Shown: one piece after another, positions 11,701 through 24,480 of the stretch
Layout of the letters: each line of letters opens with the position of its first letter
Numbering within the stretch: the stretch's first letter is position 1
Source of the DNA: Azolla caroliniana
Lineage: Eukaryota; Plantae; Polypodiophyta
Direction of reading: 5' to 3'
Assembly (NCBI GenBank): GCA_043228905.1
Contig: JBHGNT010000016.1
Location: forward strand, 16,368,001-16,432,000
DNA length: 64,000 nucleotides
The notes under the pieces: generated by a model
Database searches by the model: none
What the model saw: the letters and a program-made list of their open reading frames with translations, nothing else
Told to the model about the DNA's origin: nothing
Position numbers and translations under genes: made by a program

Positions 11701-14530
11701 GTAAGAAACCTATTATTCCTATTGTTAATATTCTAACACCCCCCCCTTAATGTAAGCAACCTATTTATTTGGTTTCTCTAATTTGAGTCCTATCTTCGAA
11801 CAACATATCGAATGCTTTTGTTGGGGTACGGGTTTAGTGAGGAAATCAGCCCACATGGTTGTGGTTGAAGTGTATTGGAGTGAAATTTCTTTTGCTTCAA
11901 CCAAGTCTCTAATAAAATGATGACTTGTTTTGATCGGTTATCTTTGGATTTGTTGCAAGTTTTATGGTTGATTGATTGTCACAAAACACCATCATTTCCT
12001 TTAGTTCAAAGATATCAAGTTCTTCAATGATTGTCTTTATCCAAAGGTCTTCTTTTGTGATAAGAGCTGTGGCAATATACTCGACTTTAGTACTTGAAAG
12101 TGCAACGGCAGATTGTCTTTTAATTCGCCAAGCAATTGCTCCACCTGCAAAAGTGACGGGAGGTATCAATGTCCTGCCCCCAATTCGAACCTATCCAACC
12201 TAGAAGTGTACCATGCATCCATCCATTGAATTGGGACATATTCAATGATTAGAAACCTTGGTAAGTGAGAGATATATCCTTCGTATGTTGTAGATATCGA
12301 AGGACATGTTTCAAGGCTTGCGAATGGGCAATACCTGGATTTTGCATGAATCTATATAGGAGACTAGCACTATATGATAAGTCGTGTCGAGTACAACTTA
12401 CAAGGTATCTCACACTTCCAAGAACTTGTCGATAAGGAAGGCAAGCCATGACTTGCTCCTCTTCAAATGATTTTGGAATATCATTTGTGGATAATTTGCA
12501 AGGTAGAGTCATTGGTGTGGAGATAGGTTTGCAAACCATCATTTCAAATTTCTGGAGGATTTCTTCTACTAACTTCTTTTGAGATAGAAAGAGTGTACCC
12601 TTTATTCTATTTTGTGTGACTTTGATTCCTAGGAAATGTTCTATCGGTTCGAGATCCTTGACGCAGAACTGCTCTTTTAGTTGATTGATAACTTGTAGCA
12701 TGCATTTGGTGGAGTGTGAAGCAATAGGCAAATCATCTACATATAAACCAATGATAACAAAATTGGTGTGTTCCTTCCGAATGTACAAAGTTGGCTCGGC
12801 TTGAAGGCATCTAAATCCAATAGCTTCAAGATAAGTGTGAAGTTTGTAGTGCCACATTCGAGATGATTGTTTTAATCTATACAATGATTTATGTAATTTG
12901 CATACATAATGAGGAATTGTTGAGCTTACAATGTATGGAGGTTGTTCCATATATATTTCTTCATTAAGGTCCCCATGCAAGAAGGTGGTCTTGATGTCAA
13001 TATGATGAAGCTCAAGATTTAGACTTGCGGTGACACTAAATATTAAACGCATTGGAACCATCTTCAAAGTTGGTTGCAAAAGTATCTTTGTAATCGATGC
13101 CATGGATTTGGGTAAATCCTCTTGCAACTATGCGTGTCTTCAATCTATCAAGCTTTCCATTAGAATCAAATTTCTTTGTGAGTACCCATTTGTAAGAAAT
13201 AATATTCTTACCATTGGGTCGAGGCACTAAACTCCATGTGCCATTCTTTTCTAGTGCATCAATTTCCGCTTGCATGGTTGTTTGCCATTGAAGTAGTTCG
13301 GGGTTTTGTAATGCATCCTTAACTGAAGGGTGGATTTTGTCAAAAGGGCCTTGTGGTTCGTAATTTTGAGTATATTCATTCTCTTCATCTAAATCCACCA
13401 TTAGTGCTTCCATTGGATTTGTTATCTCATAAATCTCATTTAGAGATCTATTCTTCTTTTTCTTCATAGGCGTAGGGCTTGCTATATTTTCAATTGGAGT
13501 GGTGTCACATTGAGATATATCTTTTGAAGAGGATCTTAAAGCTTGAGTTGAATGGAGTGGAAATACTAAGGTTTGATTTGAGGGATTTGAAAAAATGGAT
13601 TGTGAAAAGGTGGACTTTGAAAGGGTAGAATTTGAAAATTTTGAATTTAGAAAAGTGGCGAATATATCTTTTGAAGAGGATCCTAAAGCTTGAGTTGAAT
13701 GGAGTGGAAATACTAAGGTTTGATTTGAGGGATTTGAAAAAATGGATTATGAAAAGGTGGATTTTGAAAGGGTAGAATTTGAAAATTTTGAATTTAGAAA
13801 AGTGGCGAAGAAAACAGAATTTTTGGTTGGGGTTTGCCAAGAATTGGTGGGAGATGAAAAGTTATAAGAGTGGTTGTTTATGCTTGGAGTAGGAGGGTCA
13901 TTCCTTTCATTTCCTTTTATCTCCATCATGCCATCACCGTCATTATTGTTACGACGTTCCACCATTATGTTGCCTTCTATTATAATTCCACCACCAACAT
14001 CACTAGAATCACCATCCACTTCTCCAATGCCACTACATGCTATGCTTGTGGTTGTGTGCATGATATTTCTATTTGGTATATTCTTAATGATCTTGATTTT
14101 ATGTACCTCTTGACTCTCCTCTTCTTCTTTGAACTCTTCTAATTGTAATGATTCTCTCATGTTGTTGACATGCTCCTTCCCATATTCACGATTATTTACA
14201 TAATGTATAACGGGAATATTTTGTAAGTTTATTGGGTATTTTAGGGATAGTATTTGTTCGTAAAAAATGACGGATTGACTATATATAAATTGCTTATTTT
14301 GTGGGTTAAATAATTTATATCCCTTAATCCCCTCGGATTCGCCATATCCTACCATTATACATTTAATATTAAGGGGTCTAATTTTTTTCTTAACTTGGGA
14401 GCGACCTGACTATAAGCAATTGCCCCAAATATCTTTAAGTGTCCAACATTAGGTTTCCTACCAAACCATAAGAAAAAAGGTGTATTCAATCCGAGTACCT
14501 TGTGGGGAGATGGCTTCTTGCCAAAATCTA
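11701..14530 (-). mobile_element. Decayed AT-rich Ty1/copia family C: integrase end, RT, RNase H, PPT and start of 3' LTR
   Basis: HHIDIKTTFLHGDL and LYVDD RT motifs; VALSSTKVEY and CDNQS RNase H; G-run PPT at 11739-11750 followed by TGTTAG at 11738 on the minus strand. Confidence 0.9.
13515..13808. repeat. 147-bp in-frame tandem duplication in the copia integrase-RT linker (also at ~35282-35575)
   Basis: 49-aa S/F-rich unit appears twice in ORF 34803-36122. Confidence 0.9.
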
Positions 14531-14569
14531 TTGTGTAGACTGGCCACTTGAAGCATACTCCGGCTTGCA

Positions 14570-15380
14570 TCTAGATGTGGTGAAGGGCCAGAGAGAAGAA
14601 GAATTGGAGACATCCAATTCGGACAACAGCTAGAACGAATCAAAGACAGCCAATTTAGTCGAAGAGGGTGATTCGGAAGAGCCGAATCACATGAAGGCCA
14701 AGCGAACAAGGAGACAGTTGAAGTTGGCGCTGATATGGACGAGCCGACGAGTCGAGGGGCGCCAAAGTCGCAATAGTGAGGGAGCTGAGAATGGCCTAAA
14801 GAGCTGACAAGTTGACCACAAGGATCGAGGTGCGCAGAACCAGAGGGGTCGAGGAGCATTGGACCACAGGGGTCATAGAACGCTGGACCAGACCAAACGA
14901 GGAGCGTGAGCTAGGCGTGAGGATGTTAGGAGGAGCCGGATGGACGGACCGGCTGAAGTTAACACAAGGAGACAACCTCAAGTTGAGCGAGCAAGCTCAA
15001 CTTGGGCCGAATCGGCTAAAGAAGCTGAGAGTCGGATCGGTTAGAGATCGATCGGCTAGACCTAGTTTAGTTGAAGAAGCTAGGAGTCGAATTGAATAGA
15101 GTTTGATCGGGTGTGCTGAGTCGGATGGAATCTGGCAAACCATTAGGAGCCTATATTCCTTTTTAGTAAATAGGAATATTATAGGCAGAGTTAGTGTTAG
15201 GCTCAGTTAATGAGCATTCAAGTACTTGTTAGTGGTTGTGTCAACCCACTCGTCAAGGCTTGTATAAAAAGTGTTCATTGAGCACAACCGATGTACAGAG
15301 AGTGTTATTATTGAATACAACTGTGTTGTCTACTCTCTCTGTCTCCCTTACACTATGTTTTCCTAATTGTTGCATTTCGA
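14570..15380 (+). mobile_element. Copia family D 3' region plus 3' LTR remnant (PPT and LTR start deleted)
   Basis: Similar to the reverse complement of 25440-25560 and to LTR 26412-26854; CCTCAAGTTGAGC is joined directly to GAGCAAGCTCAAC. Confidence 0.7.
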
Positions 15381-15439
15381 ATAACCAATTGTACTCTATG
15401 TCTATCACATACGCTTCCACACACGTATTCTTTTACAAA

Positions 15440-15808
15440 ATAGAAGACAAGCCTAGTAGAAGCGTTGTGCTAAAACTAGGAGGTGAAGGTAGAAGAGAAA
15501 GGGTCGGGATTAATGGAGGGATTGACCCCACAAGAAAGTATGAGACTCAAGGGATGCAAAGGAAGGAGGTGGCCGGCTTGGCCGTAGACACACAACAAAA
15601 GGGGGAAAAACAAAGGATCCTTGATAGTCGGGTGGAATTCACACTACGAGAGTTCCTCGATATTGCAAAGAAGGAATTCCATGATACGATCATTGAACTT
15701 GTGAAAAGAAAGTGGCTCTCAATGAAACAAAAAAGCACAAAACCCGCGAGCGTAAACGTGGTGACGACGTTGGCGGCCAAGGAAGACTATGGGGATAGTC
15801 ACTACTAG
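15440..15808 (+). mobile_element. Fragment of gypsy family B gag-protease region
   Basis: RILDSRVEFTLREFLDIAKKEFHDTIIELVKRK matches ORF 47155-47742. Confidence 0.85.
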
Positions 15809-15939
15809 TGAGCTAATAGTCCCACTATACCCATTGTATTCTCATGTAGTTAGGGGTTAGTTACCCTAGCTATAAATATGAGAAAATGTGTATTGTAAAC
15901 AAGCCCGAAGGGATTTGTAATACAACCATCATCTTGCTT

Positions 15940-17625
15940 ATATCCTAGTCATCACTAGAGCTGACCTGACCGAAATCGATCGCGTCAAGTCCAAGCTATC
16001 AAATGCATTAGATGAAGGATTTGGGACACCTTCATTATTTCCTCGGAATTAAACTGATCATACATAAGAAGGACTCCTAATCACACAATGCTATTATGTA
16101 TTGAACATGATGTTCAAATTCAGCATGATAGAATGTCGACCCATCTCGACACCCCATGACCATAATAACAAGCTACACCACGATTTGAGTCCTACATGTG
16201 ATGAAATGAGATTTAATCAAATAATTGAAAGCCTAATCTATCTAACAATCACACGTCCTGAGTTAAGTTATTCTATTGGATTAGTTAGTTTATGCAAAAC
16301 CCCGATAGCCGCAACCCTGATCGTGGGCTATTATATAGAAACGATGCTACTAAAGAATTGAGTATCTGCATGGATGCAAACAAGGCCAGAGATGCAACAG
16401 ATCGCCGATCAACATCGGGCTTTATGTTCTCCCTTAGGACTGCGGCGATCTCATGGTGCGGCAAGAAGCCACCAACAATTGTATTGTCCGAGGCGAAATA
16501 TCGAGGAGTGGTTGTCATGACATGGGGGAAATTTGGTTGAAAAGGCTATTGAGGGATCTCCATGTGAGGGTCACCGAACTGATCTCGATCTATTGTGACA
16601 ATCTTAGTAGCAACCAACTCGCCAAGAACCCCATCTTCCATTCTTGCACAAAGCACATAGAGGTGCCTTACCATTTTGTCTGCGAGCATGTTCTTTGCAA
16701 AGAGGTGGACCTGCACTTCCTTCGAACCAATCAACAAGTGGCTAACATTTTCACCAAGGCATTGTTGAGAATTAGGTCCCTTTCGGATGGGTTGAATTCA
16801 GGATAAAGGAAAATGTTACACCCGGTAGGAAACCGAATGAGGTCATGACGAGTATTCGGAAAATGTAAATAGGTTTTGCATCAAGCCTACTTAGGTCAAT
16901 TATGTAAATAGCCCAAAACTTATCTAAATATAAAGATAACTAGGGCAAACTTTAGGTAAGTGTGAAGAAGTTAGAGAGTCATCTCGTTTACTATGTATGA
17001 AGTGTGTTCTGTGTAACTGTGTACAACACGTGAGAGGTCGTTGCCTCTCCTATAGTATAGAGGAAGCAAGAGAGAGAGAGAGAGTGAGTGAGAGTGCGAG
17101 ACAATGAGAGAGATACTGAGAGTGTCTCTATTGTAACCGCTTGTTGGCGAAGTGTGCGAACTCATAGTAGGTGTCAGTGAGTTCATCTTGTATCCTCCCC
17201 TCTCATAGTGAATTTGTTTGGTGTCTATGGGCACCCCTGGTTTTTTACCCAATTTGGGGTTTTCCATGTTAATACCTTGTGTACTTCCATTTCTATTTTC
17301 TCTCTGTATTTGCTTGATCCCTATTCCACATTTGACTCGGTTGTGGTCGAGTTCCCTTTTTTCGTAACAAGCAATTGGTTTGGACAAGTTGTGGCAATTT
17401 TCGAAGATGCTAAGACTTTGACATCTTGATGCGCCTTGCTTGAGGGCGAGAGCCATAACCGAAGCTGAAAGGCCAACACAATCGAAAGAGGGGAGCCATG
17501 GGGATGGAGCTATAAGGGCCGAAAGGCCAAAAGGCCAAAGCCGTAGTTGAAGGGCAGAGAATTGGAAAGGCCAAAAGTGCCAATTGTCAAATCCTAGATG
17601 TCATATTTGAGCTTGAGGGGGAGTG
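15940..17625 (+). mobile_element. Decayed copia family D RT end, RNase H, 3' region and PPT, interrupted by a solo LTR
   Basis: LIYLTITRPEL, DRRSTSG, YCDNLSS and KHIEV motifs; PPT CTTGAGGGGGAG at 17612-17623 then TG. Confidence 0.85.
16763..17369 (+). mobile_element. Solo LTR (607 bp) of copia family E
   Basis: TGTTG...TAACA ends; interrupts FTKAL|GLDK of RNase H; decayed 5-bp TSD GGCAT/AGCAA; similar to 43586-44178. Confidence 0.8.
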
Positions 17626-19224
17626 TCTATGTGTAAATATGTGTGCCAGGCTTGTGTTTTTGTGTAAACATGGTTGTGCCATGTCCAAAAGTAGTACATA
17701 ATAATCTATCTATGTGTATAACATCGTTTTTTTATGAGTAAAAGTGGTTACGCAATATGCATGTAATGTATGTGGTACATTCTAGGTGTTTTAATAGAAA
17801 TGTGCACATTAGTTTGTATGTGTGTGTGTGTGTAGATCGCGTGAATTGAATGTGAATGTGAACACGTGTTTAAGTGTCTAGGGGCGTCGGCATGAGAGTG
17901 TTAGTGTTTAGGGGAGTTGTTGAAATATATGTAATATGTGACATTTTAGGAGTTTCTTGGAGTGTTGGATATAAAGTGTGTAATATGTATGTAGGAGTAA
18001 AAGGTGGGGAAATGGTAAATGCGTGTGAAACTTAGGCTCGGCGTCGACCCTATAGGCTCGGTTTCTACGTTTGGCTTCATTTAGCGAGGCTCAGGGGATC
18101 CGAAGCATCCATTGCCTTTGTTCAACCCTCCCTGCTACTTATCGTGATCTGTAGGGGCTTATAGCAGAACCCCTAAGATCAGGCTTCTCTCGTTCGGCAG
18201 CCGAGGCCTAGCCCTCCGAAGCAAGCGAGGCCTGGGCAGAACGTAGCAAGCAAGGCCAACACACCATAATTAACTCGCCACAAAGTGAGGCTTCTTTGCA
18301 AATGGCCTGCCTCTTGTCCCATCTAAGCCAATGCATGCGGGACCTTCATGTAAGCAACTTAGTTTGATTGATTTGTTTGTTTGTTTGATCGATTTATGTG
18401 CTCTCCTGCAACCCTTCACTCGCCGTGTTTCTAGCATAAAACACTAGATGTCCCTTGTGGCTTCGTAAATCTGTCTCGAATATAACTTCTGATCACGTGT
18501 TTTTTTAACAATGACTCGGGTGGCGTAGCTCCAACATTGATTTCGATTTGAGTCTCTCCACTAGAAATATGGAACCTGCAAGATATCCTGACTTGTAAAT
18601 TTTTTGTCACACCTTGTATTTCAAAATCGTGAACATGACCCTCGTCATGTGCTCATGCCACTCAAAGTGGTCCAAATGTAGATAAATTATAAGTTGATTG
18701 GTCTGCAAATCACGTTTCCTACCCTATTGCATAAGAAAGAGGAAGAGACATTGTAGGGACCCTTAGTTACGAAGAAGGTGTTTGAGGGTGAATTAGGAGG
18801 AGAGACGGGTTCGTATTTCAATCATGTCTCATCGGATTATCTCGTCAAACCACTCGTACCCTCATAAATTCTAAAAACTTATGAGTCAAAAGTAAACTTT
18901 TGAACTCTAAATTTCCTCCATCCTCGAGCTCCAAGATTGCCATGAAAGGAAAAACTCAAATCACCCACCGATTGAAAAAAAAGGAACGTAAAAACAGTAG
19001 CCTAGACCTTCTGTAACACTTTGGAGTTTTGTTTTCCATTACTCGACTTTGTGTGTGCATTCATACCTATTGAGGGGACTTGGTTCAATGTGTCTAGTTT
19101 GTTTTACCATCATGGCCTCCATATGGTATTTTTGGTCTTATGTGAGATTTGGATCTCCACCTTTTAGTTTGGAAAACCATTTACTCTAACCAATTGAAAT
19201 AATATCTTTCATCCTTCCTATCTT

Positions 19225-19720
19225 TTTATGCATATTAATTTCCATCGTTCTAGATTCTCAACTATTTGGTTTTTGGTTAGGAGGCATCTATTTCATTACA
19301 CATAATAATTTGAACTTTTGACCTTTTTGTCATGTGAACCCATGACGAGTCCTCCAACTTTGTCCCACACCCCATTAAATGTTTATGTTTGCGACATTTG
19401 TGGCTTTCTTGACTCAATTTATCCAAGTCTTTATCATGCTAGCTATATCAATATGATATTTAATCATATGATTTATGCATATTAATTTCCATCGTTCTAG
19501 ATTCTCAACTATTTGGTTTTTGGTTAGGAGGCATCTATTTCATTACACATAATAATTTGAACTTTTGACCTTTTTGTCATGTGAACCCATGACGAGTCCT
19601 CCAACTTTGTCCCACACCCCATTAAATTTTTATGTTTGCGACATTTGCGGCTTTCTTGACTCAATTTATCCAAGTCTTTATCATGCTACCTATATCAATA
19701 TGATATTTAATCATATGATT
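19225..19720. repeat. 247-bp tandem duplication (2 copies)
   Basis: TTTATGCATATTAATTTCC... at 19225 and 19472, about 3 mismatches. Confidence 0.95.
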
Positions 19721-19944
19721 CAACAACTTCAAAAGTGACTTGCAACATTGTTTAGTGGAATTTGATAGTTTCCTCAAATGAAACATCATTTGTTAAATTT
19801 AAGAATTAAAAATGTTGTCAATGGAAGACATTGAGATATAACACTGAATTATCTTCCATTAGAAGAGTCAATTGCATGGATGTAGTATTAGCTATATTTT
19901 ATACCCCAAAATAAGAATTAACAATAGAAACATAAAATATAGTT

Positions 19945-20209
19945 GGGAAAACTCTAAAATACCCTTGAGTTTGTTTTTAATTTCCACAAACCCCCTCCAA
20001 CTTTGCCCTTGAGGTCTTCATTTGAGCTTGCTATTTGGGTACATCATCCACTCCTCAATTATGTGTGGTATTCAAGCAATTATATGCTTCATTACTTCCA
20101 TTTTTCTCTCTTTCTATGGTTGACCATGAAAATTGAGGAGATGATAAAAACTTAGGTGCATTTAGGGTCGTAAACAAAACAAATGCTTAGGGTGTTTTGG
20201 TATTTATTG
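19945..20209. mobile_element. Possible decayed Mutator-like MITE
   Basis: Imperfect terminal inverted repeats GGGAAAACTCTAAAATACCCTTGAGTTTGTTTT / AAAACAAATGCTTAGGGTGTTTTGGTATTT; no TSD recognised. Confidence 0.35.
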
Positions 20210-21093
20210 CAAGTTAAAATACAATGTGCTATTGCTTGCAAACTAGCTAATATGAATGTTTCTTACCTAAACTTAAAAATCTGACAATAAATCAATACCA
20301 TCAATAGTTGGAATTCATAAAATCAAAAACCAAATCTAAAGCAATTTGGCTTTCATAATATGACACGACCTGGTTTTCATATATAGAAAAGTGATGAATC
20401 AAAAAAATATGCATGTTCTGTAAGGGTCATATATGTGTGTGTGTCTCCAAAATATGCATCAACTTTGTCTAAGCATGTGAGTGTCATTTGTTAACACATT
20501 TGAAGGATTATCGCTCAACAACTCTAACTTTGGAACGGTTGAGGTTTAATTTAATTGCCTCAACACTAGAAATAACTCAGAAGTGTTCTTTTAACCAGCC
20601 ATTAAATGCACTAATTATGTTGCCTAGAAAAGAAAGGCATAATCTTCAAGACACCATTCCGTTCTTAAACTGCCCTATCAAGTCCTTATCTTCATTGTAA
20701 TAATTTATAGCATATGATGATCATGCCACTCGAAATGTCAATGTGTATTAGCCATCACATAAGTTTTTACTTATACACAAACTTCATGATTTGTTTTTTA
20801 ATGAAAACTAAATTAAAGGAAAATACAACAAAGTTCTTAACAAGTACCCACACAAAGTTTTAAGAAACTACTGAAATATCCCTCCGCAATACAGGAACAT
20901 GCAAAAACTTATGGTTACACTACAAAGTACCCAACAAAGCGGTGTTCTGTTATGCCCTCTATTTAACATTGCAATGAATGAATCAAAGAGGAAATTTCAC
21001 CATTATTGAGGTAAGCTGCACTCCAATGCAATGGGCTTATGATGATTTTGGAAGATGAACAAATGAACCATGTGCAAGAAACATTGTCCCAAG

Positions 21094-22700
21094 CTATGAG
21101 GCTTGCCAAGAAGAAAGTGGAGGTGTATCAGAATTCGAGAAAGTCATATTCATATTTTCGTATCGGTCTCCAGCTATGGCATCCACATCCAAGAGAGACT
21201 CGATCTCTATGATATCTTCTTTACTGAGCTTGACTCGCAGTGAGCCCACATTCTCATCAAAGTTTTTGAGTTTGGTAGTGCCAGGGATAGCTACAACATC
21301 ATCTCCTTGATGTTGAACCCATGCAAGAGCAAGTTGACCTGTGGTGCAGCCTTTTCTCAATGCAATCTCACGCAATGCCAAGAATAGCTTTTCATTCTTG
21401 TCTAAATTTTGTCCCGCTAACCTCGGCTGCGCAATCTTCACTTCAACAAAAATCTAATGCATCAGAAATCTCCGTATAGGATACGTCTTGCGTTTTAGCT
21501 ATTATATTGTAATGCAAAGAGGGTACCTTTCGGAAATCTGTGTCATGAAGACCCTCTAGAAGTTTCGCTCCAAGGGAAAAGAAACCTCGACCTAAAGGGC
21601 TGTAAACTACAATGCCAATACCCAATTCTCTAGTGATCAACATAAAGGCAAACGTTTTTGTCAGTGACACAGAAATCCATGCATTCTTGATGGGAAGAAG
21701 ACATTCAGGGAGGACATACCGACAAGTGGGTATTATGTCTTTTTCTGCATCCCGACACCACAAGGACCACTCAAGTTGAACAGCAGTGATGGGATGCACT
21801 GCATGGGCTCTTCGAATGGTCGATGCAGAAGCCTCAGAAAGCCCAAGATACTTAACCTTGCCTTCCTCAACCAGCCTCTTCATTTCCCCAACCTTGTTCA
21901 CATATATGACAGTTGCATACAATAGTGAGCAACACATACCCAGATACTAATAAAAACATATGTATATGTAGCTGTAGCTGTAATGGTAAATCTAGATGTA
22001 TACCTGTACTAATATCTAGATCTATACTCAAAGGTATATGTTGTATTATATCTAGATCTATAGTTACAGGTATATGTTGTATGTGTATGTGTATGTATAT
22101 GGTAACAAAGATCAGTTTACACCTATCTAAACTACGAAAAGGATGGATGCAAAAGGAAGAATTCTCCCATCGAGTAAACAGATTCCTTTCTTACAGTGAC
22201 TTCAATTGGAACGGTTGTGTCGATTCGATGCTGATAGTAGAGATCGATGAAATCCACATCTAACCTTTGTAGGCTCGCCTCGCAAGCTGAGCGCACATAT
22301 GGGGGATCTCCTCGCACCTGGCTGTTCCCATCCTCAATGATGACCCCAAATTTGGTTGCAAGTTGAACCTTGTGCCTTCTCCCTTTCAAAGCCTATTACA
22401 ATAACAAGCGCATAAAAAAACAGGCAAGAACTGGATATGATAACAAAGAAAAAGATATAAGAACAAGCAACCCACCTTGCCCAGAAGGATCTCATTAAGG
22501 AAAGGTCCATACATATCAGATGTGTCGAGGAATGTGATGCCAGAGTCGATGGCATGGTGGATAAGTTCAATCATCTCATGCTCGGGTTTGGGGGGTCCAT
22601 AGAAGGCTGACATGCCCATGCAGCCCAGGCCTTGTTCTGAGACCTCCAGACCTTGGGACCCAAGCGTCACTCTGCGAACCTCGACATCTGACAACGCCAT
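21094..22700 (-). CDS. Aldo-keto reductase (plant AKR1/auxin-induced PCNT115-like), 346 aa, 5 exons: 22700-22476, 22392-22195, 21892-21720, 21629-21527, 21435-21094
   Basis: All four introns are GT-AG; spliced length is 1041 nt with no internal stop; motifs [42 protein letters not shown] and IPGTTK; catalytic D-Y-K-H intact. The exon 5 acceptor could alternatively lie 9 nt downstream. Confidence 0.95.
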
Positions 22701-22771
22701 AGCTGCTGCTGCAGTAAACGATCACTCTTCCAATCCTCGTATTTGTATGGAACAATCGATCCCAACTCACC

Positions 22772-22780
22772 AATATATAT
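22772..22780 (-). promoter_or_regulatory. Candidate TATA box of the AKR gene
   Basis: ATATATATT on the minus strand, ~75 bp upstream of the ATG. Confidence 0.4.
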
Positions 22781-23048
22781 GTCAGCCCCCCTCTCAATTA
22801 GATGCAGCTAGTCAAAGAGTCAAATAACGTTAGTGTAGACTTTTTGGCCCCCAAATACTTGGAACACAAGGAAACACAATTTTGTTTGTCTAAGAGGAAA
22901 AGAGAACCGTCAAAAAAATCTGTTCATGCTAAAACAAAATTTGTCCATCTTCAAATGTTGTTTCGATTACCCTTTCTCATCATAGAACTTTAAACGTCAT
23001 AGTTATTGGGTTGTGATGCATACATTAAAGTTGGATGATAAGCAAGCC

Positions 23049-23638
23049 TAATACTAGGAGTACTGTGTATATAGCCAAGGTCTTAGTGTTATTAAAATAT
23101 ACAAGCTCAACACTAGTAATCAACATGATATTTTAGCTCTTGTCAATCTTATATAAAACGGAATAGTTTTTACTTTTTTGCTTCTCTCAATCTAGTCTTG
23201 ATTTTGTCTTTGGTCGTTGACATTATGTCACTAACTTAACTTTATGGAGGAAATCAAGCATGAATGAACATAAGAAAGTTTTGGTGAGATAATAGGAAAT
23301 TTTGTGTGTGCCCACTATCACGTTAGCATGCCCATGTGTTATTAATACTAGGAGTATTGTGTATATAGCCAAGGTCTTAGTGTTATTAAAATATACAGGC
23401 TCAACACTAGTAATCAGCATGATATTTTAGCTCTTGTCAATCTTATATAAAATGAAACTATTTTTACTTTTTTGCCTCTCTCAATCTAGTCTTGATTTTG
23501 TTTTTGGTGATTGACATTATGTCACTAACTTAACTTTATGGAGGAAATCAAGCATGAATGAACATAAGAAAGTTTTGGTGAGATAATAGGAAATTTTGTG
23601 TGTGCCCACTATCACGTTAGCATGCCCATGTGTTATTA
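23049..23638. repeat. ~294-bp tandem duplication upstream of the AKR gene
   Basis: TAATACTAGGAGTA... at 23049 and 23343, high identity. Confidence 0.95.
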
Positions 23639-23879
23639 CTCAAACGGGATCACGAGGGTCATCCACCACGAAGAGAGAGCTCACCCAACACATTTAATGC
23701 TCAATCTTGGGCAAAGTAGGACCTCAACACTATACCCCTCTTTTCACAATCTATGGCATCAGCTGCCAGACCACCTATCCTACTTATTACTTTTTCATAT
23801 TTATTATCCTATTTTCTTATTTACATATACATAATTTGTGGTTGCCCTACTTTTTCTCTTTCCATGTTTTCGACTTTGA

Positions 23880-24480
23880 GGCACGCTACATCAAGACATC
23901 CACCCCCACCCGTATGTGCCAAGTAATGGTTGGGGCAATGGTAGTGCACTTCTCACTTCCTCTCTGCTCGCTTGTACATCTTTTTCATCATACTCGTGTC
24001 TCAATCCTTTGTTCCTTTTATGTTCATCTTCTTGAGTCATTGAGGTTCAACTCATCTTTTTGCCACTTCTTGAAGATCTTAACTCGTTCGCCTACTATCG
24101 AAACCACTAGTCTTTTGATGTTGAGTTCATAGAGGTGGTAGGTGGTGTAGTCATTTGCATTTGTCATAATGTATGGTCCAAACGATTGTCTTGCAATCTT
24201 CGTCGTTGAGCTATGTTGATTGTCAAGTTGTAGTTGTCGCCATCATATCGTCACCTTCTTTGATTTTCTTTGGGCATTGTTGGTGCATCTTGTTAAATTT
24301 GCTTTTTTTTTGCACCATTGTTACTTTTCACCTTCCTAGTGCCAACTCCAACTCTTCTAGCCTTCTCTCGAGTTGGCAAGTTGGCATTTGGGCCCCATGA
24401 ATGCAGTTATTCCCGAGCTTGTCCCATTTGTGGGATGCTACTAGTTGTACTGGAGGTGGTGTGCAAGTTTGGTCCATGTT
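23880..24480 (-). mobile_element. Highly decayed family B integrase C-terminus, PPT and LTR start
   Basis: Minus-strand translation resembles KFNKMH..PKKIKEGD and NQHSSTTKIARQSFGPY (compare 50503-51447); GGTGGGGGTGGA-TGTC matches the family B PPT/LTR junction. Confidence 0.65.

Noticed and set aside
17625-19000. Unassigned GT-rich and GC-rich sequence, possibly LTR or DNA-transposon remains
   Set aside because: No termini, TSD or coding similarity that I can support
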